Source: an uncultured Verrucomicrobia subdivision 3 bacterium (GTDB lineage: Bacteria; Verrucomicrobiota; Verrucomicrobiia; Limisphaerales; UBA11358). Taken from it: a stretch of 64,000 nucleotides of DNA. Numbering within the stretch: position 1 is the first letter of the stretch; the number at the start of each line of letters is the position of its first letter. The position numbers and the translations under genes are program-made. The stretch covers positions 5,930 to 69,929 of the forward strand of contig CAIOIC010000017.1 in the NCBI GenBank assembly GCA_903858275.1, read 5' to 3'. The notes under the pieces are model-generated. The model searched no databases. It was not told the origin of the DNA and saw only the letters and a list, made by a program, of their open reading frames with translations. Below are positions 37,867-47,557 of this stretch, one piece after another.

Positions 37867-38994
37867 ATGACGCGCACGGAAAAACTTCTGGCCGAACTCA
37901 TTGCGCTGCCCAGCGTGAACCCCGCGTTTCTGCCGGCGCGCCATCCGCTCGCGGGCGAACAACGGGTGGCGGATTTTCTGGCGGCGACCGCCGCCCGCGC
38001 CGGACTGGAAGTGGAATTTAAAAAGGTTTTGCCCCGCCGCTCCAATATCATCGCACGGTTACGGCCGCTAAATAAAATCCGGCAAACCATCCTGCTCGCG
38101 CCGCACCTGGACACCGTCGGCGCGGAGGGAACGAAATTCATTCCCCAGCGAAAAAACGGCCGGCTCTACGGCCGCGGCGCATGCGACACGAAAGGCTCCG
38201 TCGCCGCCATGCTTGGCGCGTTGTGCGAACTGGCCGCCGCCAAATCGCGTCCGCTGGAAACGGAAATCGTCTTTGCCGGATTGATTGACGAAGAGAACGC
38301 GCAGGCCGGTTCCCGCGCACTGACAGCCAGCGGTTTCAAGGCGGACCTCGCCATCGTGGGCGAACCGACGAAGCTGCAAGTCGTCACGGCGCACAAGGGC
38401 AGCCTGTGGCTGCGGCTCGAAACCCACGGCTGTGCGGCGCACGGGGCGACGCCGCAGCTCGGCAAAAATGCGGTCCACGAGATGGCCCGGATTGTCGATG
38501 CGCTGGAGACGGATTACGCGGCGCAGTTGCGGCGGCGAAAACACAAGCTGCTTGGCTGCGGCACGGTGAACACGGGGAATATTTCCGGCGGCACACAGCC
38601 GAACATCGTGCCCGACCGCTGCGCGATTGAAATTGACCGGCGCACGCTGCCGGGAGAATCAGATGCTTCCGTCCGCCGCGAAATCACCGCGCTGCTGCGG
38701 GCCAAACAACTTTCCGCGAAACTTTCCTGTTCCAAGGGCGCACCGGCACTGCCGCTGGAAACGGATGCGAAGCTGCCGCTGGTGCGGCAATTTCTGGGCG
38801 CGGCAAAACAGAGCCGGCCGGTGGGCGTGGATTATTTTTGCGACGCGGCGGTGCTGGCGGCGGGCGGCATCCCGAGCGTGGTGTTCGGCCCCGGCGACAT
38901 CGCGCAGGCGCACACGGCGGATGAGTGGATTTCGCTGGCGGAACTGGAGCGTGGGAAGGATTTGCTCGTCCGGTTTTTTAAGTCGCTACCGTGA
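37867..38994 (+). CDS. M20-family metallohydrolase (ArgE/DapE-like deacylase)
   Basis: LLAPHLDTV, GRGACDTKG, DEENAQAGS (DEE metal site) and a C-terminal GPGDIAQAHTADEWI. Confidence 0.75.
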   Translation: MTRTEKLLAELIALPSVNPAFLPARHPLAGEQRVADFLAATAARAGLEVEFKKVLPRRSNIIARLRPLNKIRQTILLAPHLDTVGAEGTKFIPQRKNGRLYGRGACDTKGSVAAMLGALCELAAAKSRPLETEIVFAGLIDEENAQAGSRALTASGFKADLAIVGEPTKLQVVTAHKGSLWLRLETHGCAAHGATPQLGKNAVHEMARIVDALETDYAAQLRRRKHKLLGCGTVNTGNISGGTQPNIVPDRCAIEIDRRTLPGESDASVRREITALLRAKQLSAKLSCSKGAPALPLETDAKLPLVRQFLGAAKQSRPVGVDYFCDAAVLAAGGIPSVVFGPGDIAQAHTADEWISLAELERGKDLLVRFFKSLP

Positions 38995-39345
38995 CCTTTC
39001 CGCTCGCCGGCATCCTGGATATTTTTCAAATTCGGGCGGCGGTTATAAACCTTGATGGCAATTCGCCAGTCCGCTTTCATGAACCCATGATTCAAGCCAT
39101 GGATAGAAAAACCAGCCGCGCATCGTGTCGTGCTCGCTCTGCAGGCTTAATACCTGTTAGGCTACAAAGTATGCCGAGCGTCACAGCAAACATCCGAATT
39201 CGCCGATTTCGGCCTGCATCACCCGGCTGGGATATGGATTGTTTCCTCATTCCGAGCGACGAGCATTTCGGCTAGTTGGTTCACCACAATCCCAATCAAA
39301 CACTGGATTTTAGGGGGAAAGATTGAGCCAGGTCTGTTTGCCTCT

Positions 39346-39603
39346 TTGTATGGCTTGCTAGGCAGCTTGATTCCTGAAGCTGATATTCCCAGAACGGAAA
39401 TCAGAATGGTTATGGGCAGATTGAAAGACGAGCAGTGGTCATATTATCGTTTCGCAGCCCCTGAAAGATACCATCCGACAGTTCCAGAAGCGGAGATTTG
39501 GAGATTCGTAAACGCGGCTTTCAAGAAAAGACTCCAAGAAAGAGTAAAGATAGATGAAACGTGCCGATATGGAGATAGGCTGCAAATTTATTCCCGAAAA
39601 TAA
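39346..39603 (+). CDS. orphan 85-aa ORF in an AT-richer patch (doubtful)
   Basis: TTG start, with an internal ATG at about codon 21. No recognisable motif, and visibly lower GC than the surroundings. It is followed at once by a strong hairpin. Confidence 0.25.
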   Translation: MYGLLGSLIPEADIPRTEIRMVMGRLKDEQWSYYRFAAPERYHPTVPEAEIWRFVNAAFKKRLQERVKIDETCRYGDRLQIYSRK

Positions 39604-39634
39604 ACCCGCCCCGCAATTTCTCGCGGGGCGGGTT
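39603..39634 (-). terminator. rho-independent terminator of the rne/rng transcript (possibly bidirectional)
   Basis: Perfect 12-bp stem AACCCGCCCCGC/GCGGGGCGGGTT with an 8-nt loop. On the minus strand it is followed by TTTATTTTC. Confidence 0.75.
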
Positions 39635-39652
39635 GGTGTTTAAGGCTTTAGT

Positions 39653-41626
39653 TCACGCGCCGACGTTGGCGAGTTCCTCGTTCGTCTCCACGTTCACAAT
39701 CTTGAACTGTTCAGCGTGCATGCCGGTGTCCGCCCGGAAGGACAGCTTGCCGAAGTAGCGTTTTTCCATCTCGATGAGATGCTTCTCGTCCTCGGTGCGG
39801 AGGCGTTCCAGCACGGTCGGATGCACGACGATGCGGAGCTGGAAGTCGTTCTCGTCGCGGGTGCGCTTCTTGAGAATTTCCTGCAGCTTGCGCTGGATTT
39901 CAACGCTCATGGTCACAGTGCTCTTCACTTTGCCGCGGCCTTTGCAATACGGGCAGTCATCATAGACGGCGGCACGCACGCTTTCGCTATGGCGCTGGCG
40001 GGTCATCTCCATCAGGCCAAGCTGGGAGATGGGCAGGATGTGAGTCTTGGCCTTGTCGCGGCGCAGACCGTCGCGCATGCGGTTGTGGACTTGCTGGCGG
40101 TCGCGGCCGCCCTTCATGTCGATGAAGTCGAGCACGATGAGCCCGCCCATGTTGCGCAGACGCAGCTGACGGCAGATTTCTTCCGCCGCTTCAAGGTTCA
40201 CTTTGAGGATGAGGGCTTCCTGATCCTTGCCGCCTTTATGACGGCCGGTGTTCACGTCAATCGCCACCAGCGCCTCGGTTTCATCAATTACGACGTAGCC
40301 GCCGCTCTTCAGATGCACCTGACGCGAGAAGGTGTTTTCCAGCTGCTTGCTGACGTTGAAGCGGTCGAACACGGGCTGCGCCTCGGTGTAGAGCTTGATC
40401 TTGCTGGCGGAGCGCTTGGAGATCTTGGAAATCATCTCGCGCATGCGTTCGTAGGCCTTGGCATTATCCACCACGATGCGCTCGACGTCCTCGGTCAGGA
40501 AGTCGCGCACGGTGCGCTCGATGAGGTCCGGCTCCTGGAACACGCAGGTCGCCATCGGCTGCTTCTTGATGCGTTCCTGAATCTGGTTCCATTCCTCGAT
40601 GAGAAAGGCGAGGTCGCGCACAAAGTAACGCAACTGCTGGCCTTCGCCGGCGGTGCGCATGATGACGCCCATGCCGTCCGGAATGGACAACTGGCGCAAG
40701 ATTTTCTTGAGGCGCTTGCGCTCCTCGACATTTTCAATCTTGCGCGAAATGCCGGACTGGTCGGAGTTCGGCAGCAGCACGAGGAAGCGGCCGGGCAGCA
40801 CGAGGTTGGTCGTGACGCGCGGGCCTTTGGTGCTGATGGGGCCTTTGGTGACCTGCACGATGATGTCCGAGCCGGGCGAATACAGGCGCGGGATGTCCTT
40901 CTGTGTGATCTTGGGGCGCTGCGGACGGCGACCCTGATTCTCACGCTCGACGATTTCCACGCCGGAGTCGAACTGGTTCGGCACGATGTCCCAATAATGC
41001 AGGAAGGCATTCTTCTCGAAGCCGATGTCCACGAACGCGGCCTTGAGGCCGTCTTCAAGATTACGCACCTTGCCCTTGAAGATGCTGCCGACGAGACGTT
41101 CCTCGGTGGTGCGCTCGATGTTGAATTCCTCCAGCTTGCCATCCTCGGTGACCGCGACGCGCGTTTCGAGCGTCTCGGCGTTGATGATGACTTCCTTGTG
41201 GATTTTCTTTTCCGGGCGGATGAGCCGCTGGACTTTCTTAACGATGTTGGACGCGGCGTCCTTGATGGTCTCAATCAAGCCCTTGGGCTGCTCGGGAATT
41301 TTCACCGGCTCGAATTTTTCCTCCGCGACCGGCGCGGCGGGAGTGGCTTCGTGCTTGTGGTCGTGCGGATGCGGATGGGTATGTTCCGCAGGCGCGGCGG
41401 CCTCTGGCTTGCCCTCCGGCGGCAAACCGGCGGCGACGTTTTCGGCGCGTTCGATTTCGTGCTGGTGGCGCTTTTCAAACAGGCGTTCCTGTCCGCCCTG
41501 CTCGGTGACCACGTCGGCGCGGGCTTCAACCGCTTCGCGGTCGGTTTTCTGGTGAGCGGGGTTCAAGCCGCCTTTGGGCTTGAAGCGCATTCCGCGGCGG
41601 CGCCGCGAGAAGTTATTGTTGCTCAT
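39653..41626 (-). CDS. Rne/Rng-family ribonuclease (RNase E/G catalytic domain) with a low-complexity N-terminal extension
   Basis: ATG at 41626 gives MSNNNFSRRRRGMRFKPKGG... S1 domain GSIFKGKVRNLEDGLKAAFVDIG, then VIDETEALVAIDVNTG and IVLDFIDM. CPYCKGRG zinc link. Confidence 0.85.
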   Translation of the reverse strand: MSNNNFSRRRRGMRFKPKGGLNPAHQKTDREAVEARADVVTEQGGQERLFEKRHQHEIERAENVAAGLPPEGKPEAAAPAEHTHPHPHDHKHEATPAAPVAEEKFEPVKIPEQPKGLIETIKDAASNIVKKVQRLIRPEKKIHKEVIINAETLETRVAVTEDGKLEEFNIERTTEERLVGSIFKGKVRNLEDGLKAAFVDIGFEKNAFLHYWDIVPNQFDSGVEIVERENQGRRPQRPKITQKDIPRLYSPGSDIIVQVTKGPISTKGPRVTTNLVLPGRFLVLLPNSDQSGISRKIENVEERKRLKKILRQLSIPDGMGVIMRTAGEGQQLRYFVRDLAFLIEEWNQIQERIKKQPMATCVFQEPDLIERTVRDFLTEDVERIVVDNAKAYERMREMISKISKRSASKIKLYTEAQPVFDRFNVSKQLENTFSRQVHLKSGGYVVIDETEALVAIDVNTGRHKGGKDQEALILKVNLEAAEEICRQLRLRNMGGLIVLDFIDMKGGRDRQQVHNRMRDGLRRDKAKTHILPISQLGLMEMTRQRHSESVRAAVYDDCPYCKGRGKVKSTVTMSVEIQRKLQEILKKRTRDENDFQLRIVVHPTVLERLRTEDEKHLIEMEKRYFGKLSFRADTGMHAEQFKIVNVETNEELANVGA

Positions 41627-41631
41627 GTTTA

Positions 41632-42837
41632 TTATCCTCTTCGATGGATGTGTATGTTTTGCATAAAGCCCACGGCGATCAACGAGCACAGCACTGAAGA
41701 CCCGCCATACGATAGCAGCGGCAGTGGCACACCCGTCACAGGCATGATGCGAATGTTCATTCCGATGTTTATGAATACGTGGCTGAAGATGAGCGTCACA
41801 ACGCCCACCGCCACGAGCTTGCCCAGGCGGTCGCGCGCCTGGCCGGCGATTCTCAATCCGGTGAAGAGAACCACCCCATATAGCGTGAGCACAATCACGC
41901 TGCCAACGAATCCTTCCTCCTCGGCAATGACGGAGAAGATGAAGTCGTTGTGTGCCACTGCGCGCGGCAGATAGCCCAGAGCATTCTGGGTTCCCTGCCG
42001 CCAGCCTTTTCCGACGAGCCCACCGGAGCCCACGGAAATCAACGCCTGCCGCACGTTATATGCGTCGTCCAACTGTCGTTGACGCAGGCGTTGCAACTCC
42101 GCCGGAGTGGCGTTCGGCGGAGCGAAATTCGAATAATCCCGGCCAAAATAAATCAACAGCCGTTTGCGCTGATACTGTTCCATCGGCAACTGCCAGCGCG
42201 CCGGAGCGAATAAAACATCTGCGACAAACAGCGCAGCCAGCAGGCCCACGACACCCGCAAGCCGTAGCAAATATTTTCGCGGTGTGCCTGCAACCAGCAT
42301 CATCACCAGACCTGTCGGCAGCAGCACCAGCGCCGAGCCCAGATCCGGTTCTTTCAAAATTAAGATAAACGGCCACAGCATCAGCCCCATGCCCTGCCAG
42401 AACACTTCCGCCCGTTTCAGTTCGTCTGGCGGCCGGCTCAAAAAGTTTGCGCCGGCCAGAATAAACGCCAGCTTGGCAAATTCACTCGGCTGGAACTGGA
42501 AAAATCCCAAATCAATCCATCGCCGCGCCCCAAACCGCATCGAGCCGACATGTGGAATCAGCACCGCGACAAGGCACAGGATCATCGCCCAATATGCGAC
42601 GAACGACCACCGCGCCAGCGTGTGATAATCCACCAGACAAATCGCCATCACCGCGCCAATGCCCGCGATATACCAGAAAATCTGCCGCACCCACGCCTGC
42701 TGATACCACGAGAGCAACCCCGCCGAGTCGTTCGCCATCGTGGCGCTATACACAAACGCCGCCCCCAAAAACATCAAGCCCGCCAGCGCGGTGAGCTGGA
42801 GCAGGTCGAATTTTTCTCTGGGAATCGGTTGAAACAT
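41632..42837 (-). CDS. rodA: SEDS-family peptidoglycan glycosyltransferase RodA
   Basis: 10-TM FtsW/RodA pattern with a C-terminal GVPLPLLSYGGSS. Located directly downstream of PBP2 in the mre cluster. Confidence 0.85.
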   Translation of the reverse strand: MFQPIPREKFDLLQLTALAGLMFLGAAFVYSATMANDSAGLLSWYQQAWVRQIFWYIAGIGAVMAICLVDYHTLARWSFVAYWAMILCLVAVLIPHVGSMRFGARRWIDLGFFQFQPSEFAKLAFILAGANFLSRPPDELKRAEVFWQGMGLMLWPFILILKEPDLGSALVLLPTGLVMMLVAGTPRKYLLRLAGVVGLLAALFVADVLFAPARWQLPMEQYQRKRLLIYFGRDYSNFAPPNATPAELQRLRQRQLDDAYNVRQALISVGSGGLVGKGWRQGTQNALGYLPRAVAHNDFIFSVIAEEEGFVGSVIVLTLYGVVLFTGLRIAGQARDRLGKLVAVGVVTLIFSHVFINIGMNIRIMPVTGVPLPLLSYGGSSVLCSLIAVGFMQNIHIHRRG

Positions 42838-42838
42838 T

Positions 42839-44863
42839 TTAGTTCATCCCGGCCGCCAGCGTTTTGGTGGCGACGAAAGTTTGTTTCTGCAAAATTTTCT
42901 CGTAAATATCATGTGCAATCGGCGCACAGGTGCCGCCGCCGGACGAGCCGCCCTCCACCATCACCACCACGGCATATCGCGGACTTTCATACGGCGCAAA
43001 CGATGCAAACCACGTCGTGTGATCCACCAGGCGGTTGTGCTCATCCATCACCTGCGCCGTGCCCGTCTTGCCGCAAATGCGCAACCCGGGGACTTTCGCC
43101 GCCTGGCCCGTGCCTTCGGCGTCCTCGGTTTCCGCGAGCATCGCGTTGTGCAAAATCCGCAGGTTTCGACCGCTCACGCCAATCCGGTCGCGCACCAAGC
43201 CCGCCGGAAAATTCGTCGCCACCACGCGCAGCAATGAATCCTGCGGTTCGATTCGCGAAACCAGCCGGGGCCAGTAAACCGTGCCGCCATTCGCAATCGT
43301 CGAATAGACGACCGCCATCTGCAGCGGCGTCACAGAAACCTCGCCTTGACCGATGCACAAATTCGCCGTGTCTCCGTCACTCCAGCCTTCACGGATGCGC
43401 TCAAACGACGGCAGATTTCCCGCCGTTTCCTGGCGGGTGGGCAGGCTGCCTTTCTCGCCGAGTTGGAATTTTTCCGCGAGTGCTATGATGCGATTCACCC
43501 CGGTTTGCAGGCCGGTCTGGATAAAATACGAATTGCTGGAGCGCACTATCGCCCGCTTGAAGTTGTATTCGCCCGGCGGCGCCGTATCGTCAATCTTGCG
43601 CCGGCCCACGTAAACGCACCCTCTTCCCGACCGCGATGGATCAGCCTGAACCTCGTAAAACTTTTCCGGATTCAGCCCCGCTTCCAAGGCGGCGAGGCCG
43701 ATGATGACCTTAAAAATGGAACCGGGCGCGAAATTTTCCTGCGTCGCGCGGTTGATTTGCGGACGCAATTTTACATCCGTCAGCCGCGCACTGTCCGCCG
43801 CCGAAAATCCGGTGATGAAATTATTAGGATTCACCGCCGGCGACGAGGCAAGCACCAGCACGTCGCCATTGCGCACATCCATCACCACCACCGCCGCGCG
43901 GGCGTCTAGGCCCTGATGTTTCACCAGCGACGCTTCTGCCGCGCGTTGCAAATCCAGATCAATCGTCATCACGAGATTTTGTCCCGGCTCCGGCTGGCTC
44001 CAGATGTTTTCCGACTGGCGATAGCCAAGGTTGTTCACCAGCACGGACTCCGCGCCGGCGCGTCCGCGCAATTGTGCATCGAAACCCGCCTCCACGCCGA
44101 CGACGCCGCGATAATCCGGCAGGCGATAGGAATAAAATGACTCCTCGCCTTCGTAGGAGTTGTCATCGCGCGTCAGGTAGCCGAGCAGATGCGTCGCCGT
44201 CAGGCCGAGCGGGTAGTTGCGCACCGACTGCAAATCCAAATCCGCACCCAGTCCGCCGGTAAAACTTTCCTGAAAGCGCGCAATCTGCGCCGGTGTAAGA
44301 TTTTTCAACACTGTAAACGGCAGCGCCAGCCGCGTGGCGTAATGGCGCTTGAATTGCGCGGCATCGATGGCGAGCGGCTCGCCGATTTTCTGGCTGACCC
44401 CGGCCGCGACGGCATTGGCCATGCGGACGCGCGCCAACTCGCGCAGTTGCGTGAGGTATTCCGACTTGAAGGCAAATTGTTTCCGTTCCACCTTGGTCAG
44501 CGAACGATCCAGTCGTTTTTCCGCGGCGGCAATTTTCTGTTTCTGCGCGACGCGGGCGGATTTCAAAAGGGCGCCGTAAGCCACATCGAACTGGCGATGT
44601 AAATCGTCGAGGTAAAGACTCAGGTTGTAGCGCGGGCGGTTTTCGGCGAGCACGCGGCCTTCACGGTCGAGAATCTTGCCGCGCACCGCCGGTAGCCGGA
44701 TGGTTCGATAGGCCTGCGTCGTCAGGTGCTCCTGATATTCGCGGGCGGAGACGACCTGCACCCACCAGAGGCCGGCGAGCAAAATGCAAAGCCCCGCCGC
44801 CAGCCCCACCGCGACGAGGCGGAGGTGCGGTTCGTTCTTTTTCAGTTCGTCAAAGACTAGCAT
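42839..44863 (-). CDS. mrdA: penicillin-binding protein 2 (elongasome transpeptidase)
   Basis: N-terminal TM, SxxK (PGSIFK), SSN (VRSSNSYF) and KTG (CGKTGTAQ). Confidence 0.9.
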   Translation of the reverse strand: MLVFDELKKNEPHLRLVAVGLAAGLCILLAGLWWVQVVSAREYQEHLTTQAYRTIRLPAVRGKILDREGRVLAENRPRYNLSLYLDDLHRQFDVAYGALLKSARVAQKQKIAAAEKRLDRSLTKVERKQFAFKSEYLTQLRELARVRMANAVAAGVSQKIGEPLAIDAAQFKRHYATRLALPFTVLKNLTPAQIARFQESFTGGLGADLDLQSVRNYPLGLTATHLLGYLTRDDNSYEGEESFYSYRLPDYRGVVGVEAGFDAQLRGRAGAESVLVNNLGYRQSENIWSQPEPGQNLVMTIDLDLQRAAEASLVKHQGLDARAAVVVMDVRNGDVLVLASSPAVNPNNFITGFSAADSARLTDVKLRPQINRATQENFAPGSIFKVIIGLAALEAGLNPEKFYEVQADPSRSGRGCVYVGRRKIDDTAPPGEYNFKRAIVRSSNSYFIQTGLQTGVNRIIALAEKFQLGEKGSLPTRQETAGNLPSFERIREGWSDGDTANLCIGQGEVSVTPLQMAVVYSTIANGGTVYWPRLVSRIEPQDSLLRVVATNFPAGLVRDRIGVSGRNLRILHNAMLAETEDAEGTGQAAKVPGLRICGKTGTAQVMDEHNRLVDHTTWFASFAPYESPRYAVVVMVEGGSSGGGTCAPIAHDIYEKILQKQTFVATKTLAAGMN

Positions 44864-44864
44864 C

Positions 44865-45422
44865 TCACTTCAAAATTCTGCCGTGCCGGATTTCGCGGTC
44901 GGAGCGGAAACTCACTTCCGTCCGCAGTTTATAACCGAGCGCACCGTTGCAGGCATCCATCAGCGCAAAGATGAACGGCGCGGCGATGGCGCCGCCGGCG
45001 GTCATCACGAGCCATTGCCAGAGCGTGCCCCAGCCGAGCAATGGTTCCGTGCTGCCGCTCAACAGCATCAGCAGCGTCAAGGCCGGAACGGCTGCGCTGG
45101 CCGCCGCCCCGAGGACGAATTGCGCGAACGGCAAGTCGCGCAGAATCAGATCGCGGCGCAGATAAATTGGAAAGCCGACGAGCATCAGCGGCAGAATCGA
45201 GATGCCGGGCGGATTGGCGGAAAAAGTATCGAGCCACAGGCCACCGAAAATCGCGAGGGCCGCAATCGTCGTCAGTCCGGCGTTGAGTGCGGCAAAAACC
45301 ATGAGGGCCGGCAGCAAATCAATCTGCGCGCCGAGCCATGCGCGCGGGGCGGATAAAACCGTTTCGCCGAACACGGCGAGAAACGCCGCGGACAAAATCA
45401 GGATGGTTTGAAACGGATTCAT
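44865..45422 (-). CDS. mreD: rod shape-determining protein MreD
   Basis: ATG at 45422 overlaps the mreC stop (ATGA). 185-aa polytopic membrane protein, MNPFQTILILSAAFLAVFG... The assignment rests on position between mreC and mrdA. Confidence 0.7.
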   Translation of the reverse strand: MNPFQTILILSAAFLAVFGETVLSAPRAWLGAQIDLLPALMVFAALNAGLTTIAALAIFGGLWLDTFSANPPGISILPLMLVGFPIYLRRDLILRDLPFAQFVLGAAASAAVPALTLLMLLSGSTEPLLGWGTLWQWLVMTAGGAIAAPFIFALMDACNGALGYKLRTEVSFRSDREIRHGRILK

Positions 45423-46222
45423 GGAAACAGCACCCATACCTGTTCGAGCGAGCCGAGGTTGGCGTTGAGTTTCACCCGCCCTTCGGTGTAGAGGCCGAAT
45501 TCCACAGAACGCGAGTCCACGACCTGGCCGATGGGAATACCTTTGGGAAACACGCCGCCGAGGCCGCTGGTGACGACGCTCTGACCAGGCTTCAGATTCG
45601 CGCTGCTGGCGAGGTAGGTTAGTTGCACGAGCGAGGTATCGAGCGGGCCGCTGGCGAGAACCACGCCCATGTCGCGCGCGGCGTTTTCCACGGTGGCGGA
45701 AACGCGGCAATTCGGGTCGCCGATGAGGACGATTTGCGAGCGGGTGAGACTGACAGAACTGACGCGGCCGACGAGGCCGGCAGCGGTAATGACGGGCAGA
45801 TTTTCACGGAGACCGTCGCGGCTGCCGAGGTCGATCTGCACCGTGCGCCACCAGTTGGCCGGATCGCGCATGACTACGTTGGCGAGCTTGAGCTTCCACG
45901 GCGATTGTCGCTGCCAGTTGAACAGTGCGCGGAATTGGTCGTTCTCGCGGGCGATGGCGGCGCTTTGAACGGACTGGGAGCGGAGTTGCTGGTTTTCCCG
46001 GCGGAGATTGTCAATCTGCTTGAGCAATTCGCGGCGCGGCAGAACGGAATCGGCGAGGTTAGCGGGTAGCTGTTGGCCGGCGCTGGCGAGGCCGAACAGG
46101 GGCAGAAACCAGCTGCCGACGGCGAGTTTCAGGCGGTCAGTGGAGCGCGTAGGGAGGCTCAACAGGAGCACCACCACGATCACGACTGCGCCAAGCGCGA
46201 GATATTTTTTTTGTTTAAGCAT
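45419..46222 (-). CDS. mreC: rod shape-determining protein MreC
   Basis: N-terminal TM, a coiled-coil segment (LRRENQQLRSQ), and beta-rich repeats containing VITAAGLVGRV and VVTSGLGGVFPKGIPIG. Confidence 0.85.
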   Translation of the reverse strand: MLKQKKYLALGAVVIVVVLLLSLPTRSTDRLKLAVGSWFLPLFGLASAGQQLPANLADSVLPRRELLKQIDNLRRENQQLRSQSVQSAAIARENDQFRALFNWQRQSPWKLKLANVVMRDPANWWRTVQIDLGSRDGLRENLPVITAAGLVGRVSSVSLTRSQIVLIGDPNCRVSATVENAARDMGVVLASGPLDTSLVQLTYLASSANLKPGQSVVTSGLGGVFPKGIPIGQVVDSRSVEFGLYTEGRVKLNANLGSLEQVWVLFP

Positions 46223-46272
46223 CCGCTACGTCACGGCGTTGTCGCCGTGGTGCGGTGAACTCCCGGGAAGAA

Positions 46273-47301
46273 TCAGTATTTGGCGTTGGTCGCGACGCGT
46301 TTCAGGAATTCAATTTCCTGCAACACTCGGCCCGTTCCCTCGGCGACGGCGCTCATCGGGTCGTCAGCGAGATGGACGGGCAGGCCGGTTTCGCCGGCCA
46401 CGAGCCGGTCAATGCCGCGGATCAACGATCCGCCACCGGCCATGACCATGCCGCGATCCACAAGATCGGAGGCTAGTTCTGGAGGGCAGCGTTCAAGGGT
46501 GATGCGGATTGATTCGAGAATACTCGAAAGCGGTTCCTGCAAGGCTTCGCGGACTTCTTCGGAACGGATGGTCAGCGTCTTGGGCAGACCGGTGCCCAGG
46601 TCGCGGCCTTTGACGTCCATGGTCAATTCTTGTTCCAGCGGAAATGCGGAGCCGATGCGAATCTTGATTTCTTCAGCGGTGCGTTCACCTATCATCAGGT
46701 TGTAGGCGCGCTTCATGTGCGCGATGATCGTGCTGTCGAGTTCGTCCCCGCCCACCCGCAGGCTGCGGCTGAAGACGATACCGGCGAGGGAGATGATTGC
46801 GATTTCGCAAGTCCCGCCGCCGATGTCCACGATCATGTTGCCCGCCGGTTCATGCACTGGCAGACCAACGCCGATGGCGCTCGCCATCGGCTGCTCAATC
46901 AAATACACCTCACGCGCGCCGGCGTGGGTGGCGGAATCTTTCACGGCCCGTTTCTCAACCTCGGTGATGCCGGAGGGCACCGCGACCACGACGCGTGGGG
47001 CGATGAGTTTCCGGTGGTGCACCTTCTGGATGAAATGCCGCAGCATGGCCTCAGTGATCTCGAAGTCGGCAATCACGCCGTCTTTCATCGGGCGGATGGC
47101 CACGATGTTGCCGGGAGTTCTTCCCAACATTCTTTTGGCTTCGTCACCGACCGCCAGCACATTGGTTGTGCCGGCTTGGATGGCTACTACGGAAGGTTCG
47201 CGCAGGACGATTCCACGATCCCGCACATAGACGAGGGAATTTGCGGTCCCCAAATCTATTCCAATGTCATTGGAAAACAGGCTTTTGAATTGCTCGAGCA
47301 T
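46273..47301 (-). CDS. mreB: rod shape-determining protein MreB
   Basis: ATG at 47301 gives MLEQFKSLFSNDIGIDLGTANSLVY..., with MIVDIGGGTCEIAIISL and VMAGGGSLIRGID. Confidence 0.95.
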   Translation of the reverse strand: MLEQFKSLFSNDIGIDLGTANSLVYVRDRGIVLREPSVVAIQAGTTNVLAVGDEAKRMLGRTPGNIVAIRPMKDGVIADFEITEAMLRHFIQKVHHRKLIAPRVVVAVPSGITEVEKRAVKDSATHAGAREVYLIEQPMASAIGVGLPVHEPAGNMIVDIGGGTCEIAIISLAGIVFSRSLRVGGDELDSTIIAHMKRAYNLMIGERTAEEIKIRIGSAFPLEQELTMDVKGRDLGTGLPKTLTIRSEEVREALQEPLSSILESIRITLERCPPELASDLVDRGMVMAGGGSLIRGIDRLVAGETGLPVHLADDPMSAVAEGTGRVLQEIEFLKRVATNAKY

Positions 47302-47557
47302 GAATGCGCCTAATCGGGCATAGTTAAAACCGCGCCCACTCAAAGGTCAAGCGGCAAAGCGACAGCCTTTTATGATTCGCCGGCAAAAATGAACGGAAGG
47401 TAAACAAAACCCGTAACGCTTGGCTTGCACAGTACGCATTGCCCTGCCATCATGCACAGGAAATTTAAGCCAAACACCTCCGTCCTTAAGCGGCCCTGCT
47501 TGGACATGGGGTGGAAAAGCTGAATACTAATAGCGTCAACTTACAAACAAGCCATCT

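Noticed and set aside
38991-39275. 94-aa plus-strand ORF starting at the M20 peptidase stop
   Set aside because: It has a GTG start inside the peptidase stop region, an Arg/Ser/Pro-rich non-protein-like sequence and no motif, and it lies in the AT-richer non-coding patch.
39716-41974. 752-aa plus-strand ORF antisense to rne/rng and the rodA 3' end
   Set aside because: The minus-strand frames carry clear S1/RNase E and SEDS signatures. The plus-strand product is repetitive (LA/GA/DD-rich), so this is an antisense artefact.
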